DNA of 64,000 nt from Neoconidiobolus thromboides FSU 785 (Eukaryota > Fungi > Entomophthoromycota): assembly GCA_025603075.1 (NCBI GenBank), contig MU626262.1, forward strand, positions 1-64,000, in the 5' to 3' direction. The notes below the pieces were generated by a model, which made no database searches, was not told where the DNA came from, and saw nothing but the letters and a program-made list of their open reading frames with translations. Below, in pieces: positions 10,581 through 24,003 of this stretch. The first letter of the stretch is position 1; every line of letters starts with the position of its first letter. Made by a program: the position numbers and the translations under genes.

Positions 10581-11993
10581 ATGAAAGAGATAGTAGTAAT
10601 GTAATGGTTCAAAAAAATCAAACTTTTTTTAAAATAGAGCTATAAAAAGAAATAAACTTTTATTATATAGTATATCCTACTTCAGTATTTGGTATAAAAC
10701 ACTTAATTAATACCTATTTATTATACTACAAGTTGTTTACTTGTATGCCACTGTACTGATTTTTCTTATTTTTCGGTTAAATTTGTTTGAACATTAAATT
10801 AAGTACTTCTTTTAAAATTTAATAAAATGCTTCATATTCTATCGGAGCATTTAATAGCAATTTTATCTTAGCTTGAAAACTACATCTTAATTAAGTTTCT
10901 AAACTAAGTATACATCTGCTGCAATTCTAATGTGGCCCAATTAACTATTCGTTTAAGAAATTTTTTTTGCTAAAATCTGAGTAAATTTGAATCTTAAGCA
11001 CTAAAAAACTAAATAAGCAAATAGCTAGCTCTAAAAACCACCACAATTTAAGTTGCAAGAGAGTTGCAGCAACTATATAACGTTAATTTGTCTATTTTTA
11101 TCTTTATTTTAGTTGAAATTTAAAAAATTTATCAGTTAAGATTCTGATTCAATTGATGGTCATAACCAAATGGCGAAAGAGATACTTTTCACTTGTGTTA
11201 ATATCAATGCACTTGAGCCAATATACTATTAAGTTATGAATTTTTAGTTACTAAGTTTCTAATCATGTTTTTAAACTTTTAATTGTAAAATACAAATTGA
11301 TGAGTTAACAAGTTATAGTAACAATATTATAATATTTGAATTACAATCCGGTATAAACGTGTTTAATTCAATCATCCTATTTTTATTATTTCAAATATTA
11401 TAATATACCATAAACCTATTATTGCTATTCTCTTAATTTTACTGAAATCGGATTTTAAAATTTATCTTCCAACGTTCCAAATTTGATATTATGTGTAATA
11501 GTTTTATAGCATTCCATATTAGTTTAAAATAGTTACCTTGAAAACATTCCATCTTCAGTCGCACGTAATCTATAATAAAATGAAAACTCAATATTAAGTT
11601 TAATTTGCCCACTAAGGGATTTGAACCTGCGTCTCAGAAATAAAGTATAATTCTAAAATGAAATCAACCGTAGCAGCTGCTTTTAAAGATAGCTAACTCT
11701 AACTAGGCCAATTTTCAAATTATAATTAAACTTTGTGTATCATCATTATGGTAAGTAGACATTTCATTAGGAGTATTATTTTGAGTTATACTTTTTCCAA
11801 ATTTTACATTTTATTGGTTAATCGAGGGTTAATCAATAATGAGTGGAATGTGCAGATTTTTGATGAATAAAATTTCAAAAATAAAGACAAATGCAAAACT
11901 AGTTTTAAACTTTTTGTTTTATAATTTATATTAAAAATCATTAATAACTTATGGAAAATCCTATTCAGTAAATAATTGATAAATAATATTAAT

Positions 11994-12098
11994 ATATGGG
12001 GGTGTTTTTTTGGCTTCATTGCTTTTTCCATTTTTCAAGTGCTATTTGAGCCGAAAAATCGTTAGTAAAATTTTTAAACAACAAAATACATCCCTTAT
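11994..12098 (+). mobile_element. MITE-like element, copy M3
   Basis: ATATGGGGGTG...TACATCCCTTAT ends with the conserved core. Confidence 0.85.
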
Positions 12099-12715
12099 TT
12101 TAACATCACATAGAGATGTATAATAATATCTTAGTAATTGTTTAGTATGAACTCAAACTGAATTTATAAAAGATATTTTAAAGATAGAGTTTCAACTAAA
12201 TAAAAATAATATAATTTTAGTAAAAAAGCAAATTATTTTATTACTATATTAATATTTAATTGCTACTAATAATAGTATCATTTCATTTTATACATCTAGC
12301 TTAAACAATATACAAAACAAGTTATACTGTCAATAATTTTGCTATGAAATTATTAGTCTTCTATAATAATTCCAAGCTAATTTTAATTCCCTTAAACTCA
12401 CAAATGATAATAAGCCAACAATCTTCGATTATTGCCAGCTAATTAAAATTAATTGGTTAAAATAGCAAATGACTCTTCACATAAGATTGGATACGTTAAT
12501 AAGAATCAATGAATTTCATTGGTTAATAGACTCCAATTTAAAAATGACAAAAAATCACTAAAACAAGAGTAAGAAATTTAATGAGAATGAAAACTCCAAA
12601 TTTTCTTTATTCATTTATTCATTTATTTTATTAAAGGTAAAGATAAAAAATAATATAAAAAGCGGATTAGTGTTAACTTTAAGCTCTTATTTCTTTTTAG
12701 TAAGGATAAATTAAA

Positions 12716-14312
12716 ATGTCTTCTTTTCGATTTTTACATTTGATACGTCCTTTTGTGAATGTTATCCCTGAGGTAGCTTCTCCAGATAGAAAAGTAAGTT
12801 TAAAATAATCAAAACATTCAAATAGCAGACATTGATTTAACCTTTCCCTTAAAATTAGGTTCCTTTCAATCAAAAGATGTTATGGACTGCCATTACACTT
12901 TTTATCTTTTTAGTATGTTCTCAAATTCCATTATATGGTATTATGTCTAGTGATTCTTCCGATCCACTATATTGGATGCGTGTCATTCTTGCTTCTAATA
13001 GAGGTACTTTAATGGAGTTAGGTATTACTCCTATTATTACCTCTGGTATGATTATGCAAATGTTAGCCGGGGCTAACCTTATTGAAGTCGATTATTCTCT
13101 AAGAGAAGATCGTGCTCTTTTTGGGGCTGCTCAAAAATGTAAGTTTAAAATTTATTTTATATTGCTATCTTTTATTTATTTTATAAATAGTATTTGCTAT
13201 GATTATTACTTTTGGACAAGCTTTAGTATCTGTTATCACTGGACTTTATGGTAGACCAGCTGATCTTGGTATTGGTGTATGTATTTTGTTAGTTATTCAA
13301 TTATTTGTTGCTGGATTAATTGTGATTTTATTGGATGAATTGCTTCAAAAAGGATACGGATTAGGCTCTGGTATCAATTTATTTATTGCTACTAACATTT
13401 GTGAAACTATTATTTGGAAAGCATTTAGTCCAAGTACTTTTAATACCGGTAAAGGACCTGAATTCGAGGGAGCTGTTATTGCTTTCTTCCATCTTTTATT
13501 CACACGTCGTAATAAATTTAAGGCCTTAAATGAAGCTTTATTCCGCTCCAATCTACCCAATCTTTCCAACTTATTCGCTACTGTATTTGTATTTGCTTTA
13601 GTCATCTACCTCCAAGGTTTCCGTATTGAAATTCCAATCAAATCAAACAAAGCTCGTGGTTCAAGAGGTACTTTTCCAGTCAAATTATTTTATACTTCCA
13701 ACATGCCAATTATGCTTCAATCTGCTTTAACTTCCAATGTTTTCCTTGTTTCTCAAATGCTTTATATTCGTTTCCCTGAAAACTTTTTAGTCCGTTTATT
13801 TGGTGTTTGGGAGGTAAACAATAGTATCACTATTATTAGCAATCATATTAATTTTCTTATAGCCAATTGGAGAAAGTACTATGTTAAGTCCAGTATCTGG
13901 TTTGGCTTATTATTTACGTCCACCAAATGCATTTATTGAAGTATTACAAGATCCAATTCACTTTGTTGTTTACCTTGGATTTATCTTAGGAGCTTGTGCT
14001 TTATTCTCACGCACATGGATTGAAATTTCTGGCTCTTCACCACGTGATGTAGCTAAACAACTTAAAGAGCAAGATACTGTTATTGCAGGTCATCGTGATA
14101 CATCGATCTATAAGGTACTTAAAAAAGTCATTCCACAAGCTGCTACCGTTGGTGGTCTTGTTATTGGTTTACTTTCCGTCAGTGCAGATTTAATGGGTGC
14201 TATTGGTTCTGGTACTGGTATCCTTTTAGCTGTTACTATTATCTATCAATACTTTGAAATGTTTGTCAAAGAACAACAAGAAGCTGGTGGGCTTGCAGCT
14301 ATGATGAATTAA
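12716..14312 (+). CDS. SEC61: Sec61 translocon alpha subunit (3 coding introns)
   Basis: [22 protein letters not shown]|[44 protein letters not shown]; canonical GT-AG introns. Confidence 0.97.
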
Positions 14313-14439
14313 GGATTTTTTCACTCTTTTGATGGATTCTATTTTTTAAAAATATAAAAATAAACTAAAATAGCTATTTTTAATAATTATTTATAAAGTT
14401 TAACTTGGAATTTTTTTGTTTTCGTTTTTTAAGTTAAAA

Positions 14440-15642
14440 ATGCAAACTCAATCAGTCATATTAAATAATGGGAGCGTCATGCCTTTAATTGGGAGTAATT
14501 AGAATGATGATATATTACATAATAACATATAATAATAATAATAATAATAATAATAGTTGGCACTTATCGAATGAGAGATAAGTATCAGATTCAGGAAATA
14601 TTAACTGAAGGAATAGAAGTAGGTTATCGATTAATAGGTAATTTTTAAAAACATAACAAAATGCATTTAATATTTACTAAAATAATACAAAAAGATACAG
14701 CTCAAGTGTACAGAAATGAAGAAGTGATAGGTGGAGTTATTGAAGAATATTTAACTAATAATAAGGATAAAATTGAAAGAAAGGATTTGTTTATCACTAG
14801 TAAAATAGGTAATTAACTAAAATTAATAAATAGAATCCAATAAATGATAAAACTTATTTTATTTAGCTCCAAACAACCAAGGAGCGGATAGAGGCTATGA
14901 ATGTAAATTATTATTGTTACTTAAATCAATTATCTAAACAATAATAACCAATAGCTACTTTAGAAACGATAAAAAAATTACGTTTAGATTACATTGATCT
15001 AATGTTGATTCATTGGCCTGGTACTTCAAGGATTAGTCCCCAATCTCCTATGAATTCAGAATATCGAAAACAAACTTATCAAAGCTTAGAACGTTTGTAT
15101 CACGAAGGGATAGTCAAAAATATAGGCATCAGCAACTATACTTTATCACATTTAAAGGAATTATTAACTTATTGTCAAATTAAACCACAAGTTTTACAAA
15201 TAGAATACCACCCTTTATATCAATCGAAAGAAATCATAGATTATTGTAAGGAAAATGGGATACAAATTCAAGCCTATTCGTCCTTGGGAGAAGGGCAATT
15301 GATTAATGATGGTGATGAGTTTTTTAAACAGTTTTTAAAGTTCAATAAAAATTTGTTAAAGGAGAATGACATCAAAGGGCAATTAGTTGGTTTTCTGTTA
15401 AAATGGGCAATGTTAAAAAATATCGTGGTAATTCCAAAAACTAATAGTGTAAAACATTTAATTAGCAATTTTAATTATTTAAATATAGACTTGAATGAAA
15501 ATGTAAGTTTTTAACATTATGTTTCTATAGTATATCACATTAACTTTTTTAGATCAACGAATTTTTCAATAGCTGTATTTATGATAGTAAATATGAATTG
15601 AAATCCAACAAATTTTGTTGGGATCCAGAAACAGTTTTATAA
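14440..15642 (+). CDS. Aldo-keto reductase (spliced)
   Basis: Exons give MPLIG|GTY, DTAQVYRNE, LFITSK, LDYIDLMLIHWPG, IGISNY, QIEYHP, IPKT. Confidence 0.92.
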
Positions 15643-15697
15643 ATAAACATGAAAATGAAAGCAACTTGAAAGTTATTAAAATATAATTTTATTAATT

Positions 15698-16817
15698 TCA
15701 AACTCTATTATACCCATTTCTACGTCTTTTTCCAGAAATAAATGTAACTGAAGAATGAATTAATGTCTAAATTAAAGTTACATTAGTTATTATTATTATT
15801 ATACATAAAAAGCCTACCATTAAATTAGGTATGAAATTTTGCCAAAATTCTACGTTTGGTATTAAATCCCAACCACTATTATTAAGCACATAATAGTTGT
15901 AAAGGATACCAAAGATAAAGTAAAATAATATCAATAATAATATGCTAATAAAACAATAAATGAATAAAACACAAAAATATCATTATTAAAACCTACATTG
16001 TACTAAACGCAATACCAGCTTGAGTAGCCGGGCTATTTCCTGGATCACTAGGTGGAGTTGAGTTATCCCCACTACAAAAGAGTTAACTAAATAAGCAACT
16101 AAAAAATAACACGAAGATAGAAATTACAGTGGACAAGCATATTTAGTAATCCAACTTAAAGTCAATTTACCGTTTTCATAATTTAAAATTTTTGGATCTT
16201 CATTCTATTTTGAAAATTAATATCTAGTATTTCTGCCAAAACCATTATATTGTATTTCTATTTACCTTATCTTTATCACATTGAAACTGTATAAACGTGC
16301 TTTGCTCTTGCTCATCAATAGTTTCCCCAGATAGTGATAGATGTAAGCCTAAATTTTATTATTACCATTATTAATTATATTTGTCTTTACTTACTGTCAA
16401 ATTTACCCTTAATTGCAGTAGTAGATAAGCTAGGTGGCTTTTTATTATTAGCTACTTCAATCAAGCTAATAACTCTAGGTTCGGAATTATCTTTATAATT
16501 GACAATACTTTGGCAGATATAAGTACCATCCCCGCATTGGTCTTTTGCATCTTTTTTATTTTTTGTACCATCACAAATATTAATTTCATAATTAGTTTCA
16601 GTTATCGTTGGTTTTGTAGTTTTATTCATGGAAATCGTATATTCTCTAATGGAAATGTTAATGTGTTATTGTTATATATTAGTAAATATACTTACTTATT
16701 TAAATCTTTAAAATTAAACTTTAAGTTGTCAATTGAGATCTCTTGAGTACAATCCCATTCACATTGAACATTTAAAATTAAATTGAATATTAATATTAAA
16801 ATGAAATTAAAATACAT
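15698..16817 (-). CDS. ATG27: Atg27 / MRH-domain type I membrane protein (spliced)
   Basis: Signal peptide, Cys-containing luminal domain (INIC, QCGDGTYIC, TFIQFQCD, LSWITKYAC), TM helix, GWDLIPNVEFWQNF and a YNRV* tail. Confidence 0.8.
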
Positions 16818-16881
16818 TTTAAAAAAAAGTTAAAACGTAAAAGTTAGAACTCAAACTTTAGTCTTTTTATTCTTTTTAAAA

Positions 16882-18035
16882 ATGAAGTAAAATTTAAAAT
16901 CAAACGTAATATTTTAATCATTAATTAAAACCTTAGCGTAACAAAAGAAATCCAACGTATTAATGAAAAAGAAATTGATTGGATGATAACCCGAGGTTTA
17001 GATGCTTCAGGCTCATGGCATGATGATTACAAACACTCAGCTTATATATTTGTTGGTAGTTTACCATTTGATTTAACCGAAGGAGATATCATTACCATTT
17101 TTTCTCAGTAAGGATATGATAATTATAACGATGATTTATTTATTTCTAAATTAATAGATATGGTGAGATAGAAGACGTCAATCTAATAAGAGATAAAGAA
17201 ACTGGCAAATCAAAAGGCTTCTGTTATTTAAAATATTTGGATCAAAGATCTACTAATTTAGCTGTGGATAACTTAAACTCTATTGAAGTAAGTATAAAAA
17301 AGTAAATTTGTTTCAACTAATTATTAATAATTTAGATCTTAGATCGAAAAATACGAGTAGATCATGTGAAAGATTACAAGCCACCCAAAAGAAAAGGGGA
17401 AGATGGCGTAGAAAGGTTGGACTTAAGTTATAACGCGGCTCCTAAGCTTGTTGAAAGTAAGTAATAAATATAATGATATTTAATTTCGACAGTTTTTAAC
17501 TGCAATTCACCATAGTACCAACCTCAGAAGAAGAAAAGGAAGAAGAAAAGGATAAAGAAAGTTTAATGATTGAAAATGGAATTGATCCAGATGATCCAAT
17601 GGCAGAATATCTTTATGAAAAGTTAATGAAAAAAGAAAAGAAGGCTAAAAAGAGTAAAAAAAGTAAAAAAGAGAAAGAGGAGGATCAATCGAAATCTAGG
17701 TAAATATTTTCATCTGTATTAGTTGTTCTTTCTTTATTTTTATTTTAATAAATTATAGAAAAGACAAACATGAAAGGGATTATAAAGATGATTATGAAGA
17801 TGATTATAAATCTGAAAGAAGAGAAAGAAAGGATCGTAGTAGAGATTCGTACGAAAAAAGGAATAGAAATGAATCAAGACGTAATTATGATAAATATGAA
17901 GGAAGAGAAAGTTCAAAAAATAGATATGATAGGAAAGATAGGTATGATGATTATGATAGATACGAAAAAAGAAATCGATATATGGATGATAAAGATAGCT
18001 ATGAAAGAAGGGACAGCTACGAAAGAAGAAGATAA
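16882..18035 (+). CDS. IST3: RES-complex RRM protein Ist3/Snu17 (RBMX2) with RD/RE-rich tail
   Basis: MN|VTKEIQRINEKE..SWHDDYKHSAYIFVGSLPFDLTEGDIITIFSQ|YGEIEDVNLIRDKETGKSKGF..STNLAVDNLN; the tail is in a different frame from the ORF-track 17770 call. Confidence 0.92.
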
Positions 18036-18629
18036 ATAAATTTGAATTGATGTGTTTTAAATTATTTTATTAAATCAATATTTATGAAGTTTTGCTAGTA
18101 TTGGAATTTTAGTTTTACTCTTATTTACTATTTTCGAATACACATTTTTTTGTTTTTTGGACATTTTGAGTTAAATTTGGTTTGGCTAGATACATGTTAC
18201 TTTATTTAAATGAATAAATTTATAAGTGGCTCGTAATTATTAAAAATAGTTTTAAATTCAAACAGCAGTAAAATAAACAAAGTTAAAGCATTACAATATC
18301 TTTTGTGATTAAGTCATCATTGCCCATACTTTGAATGAAATCATCAAATTCTTGTTTTAATTTTAATTTTAGTTTTCAATACCCAGGCTTGAGAGTCATT
18401 TAAAAATAGTCATCCTGTCAAGCGTAAATACAAAGCAGTTGACAAAAAACAATGTGTTAAAAAATCATAAAAGGGGGAATTTTTTATTCAAAAAAAAGGA
18501 AAATTTTTAAAGGTTCGAACAATTGATTGCCTTTTTGTTTCAAAATCATTGAAAATTCTTAAAGCTATATAAATATTAACAAACACCTTTAATTAATTTT
18601 TTAATTTTATTAATTTTTAATTTGCAAAT

Positions 18630-19515
18630 ATGAAAAAAAGAAGCGTTTGTTGTTGCATTTGTACATTTATAGTTGTTTTAATTTTGCTAGCCGCAGCCGC
18701 TGTTACTGCTTTCTTTTTATGGGCAAGACAACCAAGTGTTGAATTTAATGGAGCCTTACCACCCGAAAACTCCAAAGACTCATTTGTTCTAAATGGCGCT
18801 ACTGATTTTTCTTTTAATTTGAGGCTCAATTTTACCGTGGATAACCCTAACTTTATTGGCGCTACATTAAGCTCAATAGCTGCTGAAGTAAGTTTGAAGT
18901 ATTCTTTGAAAATCTTAAAATTGGTGTTAATAAATTCCTTAGGGCTCTTTACCAGTGAATAAACAAGTAACTTTAGCTACTGGTAGTCTTAAAGATGTGG
19001 GTATTAATAAGCAAGCAAAGACAAACATATTATTTCCTATTAAGGTTGATTATAAATTAAAAGATGATACTGATTTGCTGATCTTAAAATATATTGCGAA
19101 TAATTGTGGACTATTACAAAATACTCAAAGGGGACAATTAGAAGTGAATTATGACTTAAATATCGTGGCTAAAATTGTTGCTATCAATATAAATTTGCCT
19201 ACATTTTCAAATGATGCCAAGTTTGATTGCCCTATTCCGGTAAATATTATTATGATTTATTTTTATTGTTCATGTTTATGTTTATGTTTTTTTAATTAGG
19301 CTGGTACTAAAATACCTGGTTTGGATTTAATATTGAAATTATATAATGGTGGCTTACCTAATAACATTGATCCAAATGCTCTTATTGCTACTTTACAAAA
19401 GCAGATACCGAACTTAGATAGTGTTGACCCAAGTATATTGAATAACATTGATCCGAATACTTTGAATAATATTGGTAGTCAATTAGGACCTATTGCTACT
19501 AAGATATTAGGTTAA
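18630..19515 (+). CDS. Type II membrane protein with LEA_2-like domain (spliced)
   Basis: Cys-rich juxtamembrane segment, TM helix, then P.V.F..NFTVDNPN pattern typical of LEA_2; 3 introns. Confidence 0.7.
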
Positions 19516-19586
19516 AATGAATAATAATAACTAATAAATAATAATTGTAATATAATTTATATAATAAACCATTCTACATATATTTA

Positions 19587-20547
19587 TTAAATGTCAAAAA
19601 AATCGATATGAGCTCCACTTTCAAATTCATTTAAATGGACTAATTGAACTAATTTATCAGCAGAATCACTCATTTTAACTAGTTTATCCTAAATCAAATA
19701 TTAATAATGGAATTAATACATAACAAATACCATTACCTCTTTTTGTAAATTTTGGAAGACTGTTTTTAACTCTTGATCTTTAAGCTCACTACGTAAAATA
19801 ACTTGCATTCTGCCTTCCATAGGGCCAGGAGCATAATTTAAAGTTTTAATATTGGTCTAAATAAAAGGTTAATAAATAAATCACTTATAATATCTCAATT
19901 CTTACCTTCTTTTCTTCTAATGCAACTACCTTTAAAAACATATCTCTAGCTGCTTTTATTGTGCAATATAATGAGGAGTTACACATCGGTGTAGTTGCGG
20001 CTAAAGAAGAAGTATTGATAATGACTTTTTCATCAAAATTGGCATGTTGACTCCATTTTGAGAATAGGTTACTGTAGAAATTTAAAAGTCAAAAAGAACA
20101 ATGGTAAAAAATAAATTCAAATTACCTTAAATAAATGAAGCTAGTCAAGTTAATATTTAAATATTGTTGAATTTCAGCTATTTCCAACTCAAGTGCATTT
20201 TTACTAACATCTCCAAGGGTACCATGGTTATTAAAGAACAGTAACTTTTTAGTTTTACTTGCCTTAAATGCCTCACTGTCTATTGTCTCCCTCACTTTAA
20301 CATTGATATTTTCCCAGTTTATACTATTCACATCTGAGAATTCTAAGCTTGCAATTGGGTTAATTTCGATACTTTTAGTTTCATAATTAGTTTTAAGGTG
20401 GTTTAACTTCTCTTTGTTTCTACCTAATAGAATGAAATTTAACTTTAAGGATTCACTGGAGTGATATTTTTTGATAATGGACTCAAAGATTGCTTGCCCA
20501 AAGCCTTGAGTTACTCCAGTAATTATAATGAGGTAGTAAGATTCCAT
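19587..20547 (-). CDS. Short-chain dehydrogenase, sepiapterin-reductase-like (spliced)
   Basis: ITGVTQGFG, NNHGTLG, NTSSLAA, YCTIKAAR (YxxxK), YAPGPM, ESGAHIDFFDI*. Confidence 0.85.
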
Positions 20548-21077
20548 TCTTTTTTTTAGTAAAAATGAAAAGTTTATTTTTTTTCTCTATTGGTTATGTG
20601 TACATGTCTAAAATAAAATTCCAAAATATAGCTTGAAAAATAATTTTGCATGTATCATAATGTATAAAATCAAATGTAAATAACTGACTTTTATGAGTTT
20701 ATCTATGGCTTCAATCTTGTTTTTATATACTCTAATGGATGCAAAATTATTTTTTAAATACTCCTCTAAAAATTTGCAAAAGCTTCTGAATAAACTTTAT
20801 ATTGGTCATATCTAGAATGTCATTATGAAATGGCCACACTAAAAATATATGTCCAAATAAGTCTTGAAATAATTACAGTATTTAATTATGGAAAATAAAT
20901 TTGCTTAGCAATGATAAGAATTATGAATACTATAAATTGAATAATTTGGTATTTGACTCATTGCTTTTAAATTATGGTTAATTAGGGGTACAATACTTTC
21001 AGCTGAATAATGGATACCTGCTGTTTTATGTCAGTAATCATCATGTATAAGCTGAAGGTGTAACATTAAACCACTTA

Positions 21078-21179
21078 TTATGGGTATGTTTTTTTTGGTT
21101 TCATCACTTTTTCATTTTTAAACACTATTTAAGCAGAAAGATTGCTAGTAAAATCCTTTAAAAAAATATATCCCACTAT
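21078..21179 (+). mobile_element. MITE-like element, copy M4
   Basis: TTATGGGTATG...TATATCCCACTAT ends with the conserved core. Confidence 0.8.
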
Positions 21180-21479
21180 AGTTTATTGTAGTTGAGCACA
21201 AGCAGGAACATCTATAATAACTAAAAGAAGCAAAGTTGAATATGAAAAACATTTTTTTATAGCTTTTTGAAACATGCAGTACTGTTACATAAACTGAAAA
21301 AGATGTTTAACTATGATATAACTAATAACTTTTCGAAACAATAATACACCTTTTTTAATAGCTCATAAATGTTCTTTATATGTTAAAACATTAAACTGAG
21401 AAGATAAAACATTAGAATATAAAAAGAATAATTAAAATTGTATTTAATTTTTATTTATTAACTTTGTTTATAATACTAA

Positions 21480-22721
21480 TAATGTAAATATATAATGATT
21501 GTTATACTTGTATATAACTCCATACCAATTAAATCAATAAATTTGACCGATTTTATACTCTTGAATTGTAGCATAAAATAATCCATAAAAATACCTAAAA
21601 TGAGGCATTTGATATACTTAAATGCTATGCTATATAAGTTAAAATACTACATCGGTGTCAAAATAATAGTTTGTCATTTCGAGGTTTTGTAACGTAGGAC
21701 ACAGTGTATATAAGTACTAAAAAAATTGCTTACTAAAGTTAAATTTAGATAACTAATGTTATTATATTATTATTCTTTTTTAAATAAACATCTTCGATAA
21801 AAACTGATGAGATATAATATATCACTAAGTTTAAATAAGCAATCATTATCATTTTGAATATCAAATATAAATGCTCGGCTGATATATTTTTATAAAACAC
21901 TAAGTTAAGTTGCTTCAACTTTATATCGTTGAAAAGTCAACATTATAGTGGAGAATCAAATTTAAAGGAATTAAGATCAATTAACACTGGTATAACTAAC
22001 TTAGTCACAAATGATCAAATATTTCTAAAGCTCTCCAAGTTTTGGACAATCATTAAGTTGATATGTATTTCTTTAACTTTATTTCTATGCAAACAGTCAA
22101 AATGTAATTACTTTAGTTGCGAAAACTGCATATTTGATAAAGAAGTAAAAACATCCAACTCGATTTGGATATGATTTAATCTGAAATTTTTCAAGCTATA
22201 GAATTTACATAATAAAGCTACCAAATATGTAACTAAATCAAAGATATTATTTTGAATTATTAGTGAAGTAATGGTTGATGATAGATATAGTGGTGTTTCA
22301 AAGTAGCTTTTTGCACGATCAATCTTTAAATGCTTTAAATCTTCTAACACTTCTTTAATACTACCTCTATGAGTAAAAATATAACTATCAGCTCCCTCCT
22401 ATTCTGTCAACCAAACTGCTATAATATAAGCCTATCAGTCCAACATCTTTAAAATGCTCTTTGTTCTTTAAACAACTAACTAAGCCTATACATAGTTTAG
22501 TGTTATCTATGTATATTAATTGTTGATTAATTAATACATTTAATATAACACCCATCTTTTTTAAAACTAGCGTCGATTCATCTTGTAGTATTGGTAGCCC
22601 CGCTTTGGTTGATTCTTTATTAAAAAAGGAGTAACTTGAGCTTGTTTTTATATGGAAGATGTTATAAATAAATTCTACTATGCCCTTTTGGGATTTAAAA
22701 ACTCAAATTCTTACTCATCAT
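21480..22721 (-). pseudogene. Full-length but decayed F-box/LRR pseudogene
   Basis: From ATG-ATG at 22721: HLPYKNKLKLLL, LPILQD, EHFKDVGLIGLYY, INLNDCPKL, VYLKKNNNIITL, LYTLCPTLQNLE, FKYIKC..FKSIK, colinear with the intact paralogues but with many stops and frameshifts. Confidence 0.8.
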
Positions 22722-22774
22722 TTAAATTTGAAGTGAAGTGCTATTTGTTGACTTGTACGTAGGCGTTTCTCTCA

Positions 22775-22853
22775 GTTTCATTACTTTCTATTTTTGAGCA
22801 CTATTAAGCGGAAAAAATGTTAGTAAATTTCTTAAAAAAATACATCCTGATAT
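22775..22853 (+). mobile_element. MITE-like element, copy M5 (left end missing)
   Basis: GTTTCATTAC..GAGCACTATTAAGCGGAAAAAATGTTAGTAAA..TACATCCTGATAT. Confidence 0.75.
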
Positions 22854-22915
22854 ATTATTTCTTAGTTTTGGTATATAAAAGTTATCGTCTATGATAAACT
22901 TTAATTGGATAATTG

Positions 22916-23022
22916 ATATGGGAATGTTTTTTTTGATTTCATTATTTTTTCCATTTTTTAAGCGCTATTTAAGCGGAAAATTTGTTAGTAAAATTCTTAA
23001 ATACAAAAACACATCCCCATAT
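22916..23022 (+). mobile_element. MITE-like element, copy M6 (near consensus)
   Basis: ATATGGGAATG...ACATCCCCATAT; both CpGs intact. Confidence 0.9.
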
Positions 23023-23898
23023 AGTAATTACTATTCCACTTTTGGTTGTATTTTAGTGTTTGAATTCCAAACCATATTAAACTCTCGTTAACAGTTTCAT
23101 ACTATTATTTTATACACACATAGTGATTAAATTGTTACTTTTTTAAAATATAAATTACTACTTTTTATCATAAAAAGGTTATGATTTTTTGTTTAGTTTA
23201 ATATTAGATATCTATCTTTTATCCACTATTTTTATATATGTCCATATCTGATAATAGAAGATTTAATAAGTAATCTAAAATTATGGAAGTACATTTTAGC
23301 TATTATAATATTCAAAAAAAATAGCACAATAACACAAGTTTTTTAATTCTGAGAAAAATCTAACGCATTTTCATAAACTCTTTACAATCTCCCTGATAAC
23401 ATACCCATATTCCTTAATAAAACACTTGGCCATCAATGGATTATCCTTGGGATAATAATGTAACACTTCACTGAAAAAATATCAACTCACTTTTCACATA
23501 CCGTTAAGCAGCAATTATTGGTACTTTGATATCATATCATACCTTGGTATTCGGTCCATGACAAAAAGATCTTTCATTTATGTATTTATTATATTAAAGT
23601 TTGCCTCCCCCTTTTATAGCTTCTGCTCCTGCTTATTGCCATTGTTACCATTCGTAGATCACAATGCTATGGATATGACTGGTTGAAAAGTTAAGTAGAA
23701 ATGACAAAGAAGTGACGGACTGTATATTAATTAAAGGTAGAATAGATTATAAACTATCAAATTTTATTTTTTAGTTATTAGCGTTCTAAAATTCCTGCAG
23801 TTTATTTTTATATTGGCAGCATTGGAGCCACTATGTTTTAAATTACCTTTGATTTATATTCATATTTATATTTATATTTATATTTATATTTATAATTT

Positions 23899-24003
23899 AC
23901 AAGGGTGCTTTTTTTGATTTTGTCACTTTTCTTATCTTTTAAATGATATTTGAGTAGGAAGGTTGTTGGTAAAATCCTTAAACACAAAAATGTATCCCCT
24001 TAT
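23899..24003 (+). mobile_element. MITE-like element, copy M7 (degenerate)
   Basis: GGGTGCTTTTTTTG...GTAAAATCCTTAAACACAAAAATGTATCCCCTTAT. Confidence 0.7.

Noticed and set aside
11606-11710. B-box-like GGTTCAAATCC on the - strand with an acceptor-like end
   Set aside because: The T-stem is mismatched and I could not fold a cloverleaf or identify an anticodon; at best a tRNA relic. tRNAscan-SE would settle it.
23856-23893. (TATATT)n run, and other AAT/ATT runs
   Set aside because: Ordinary microsatellites in AT-rich DNA; not telomere-like.
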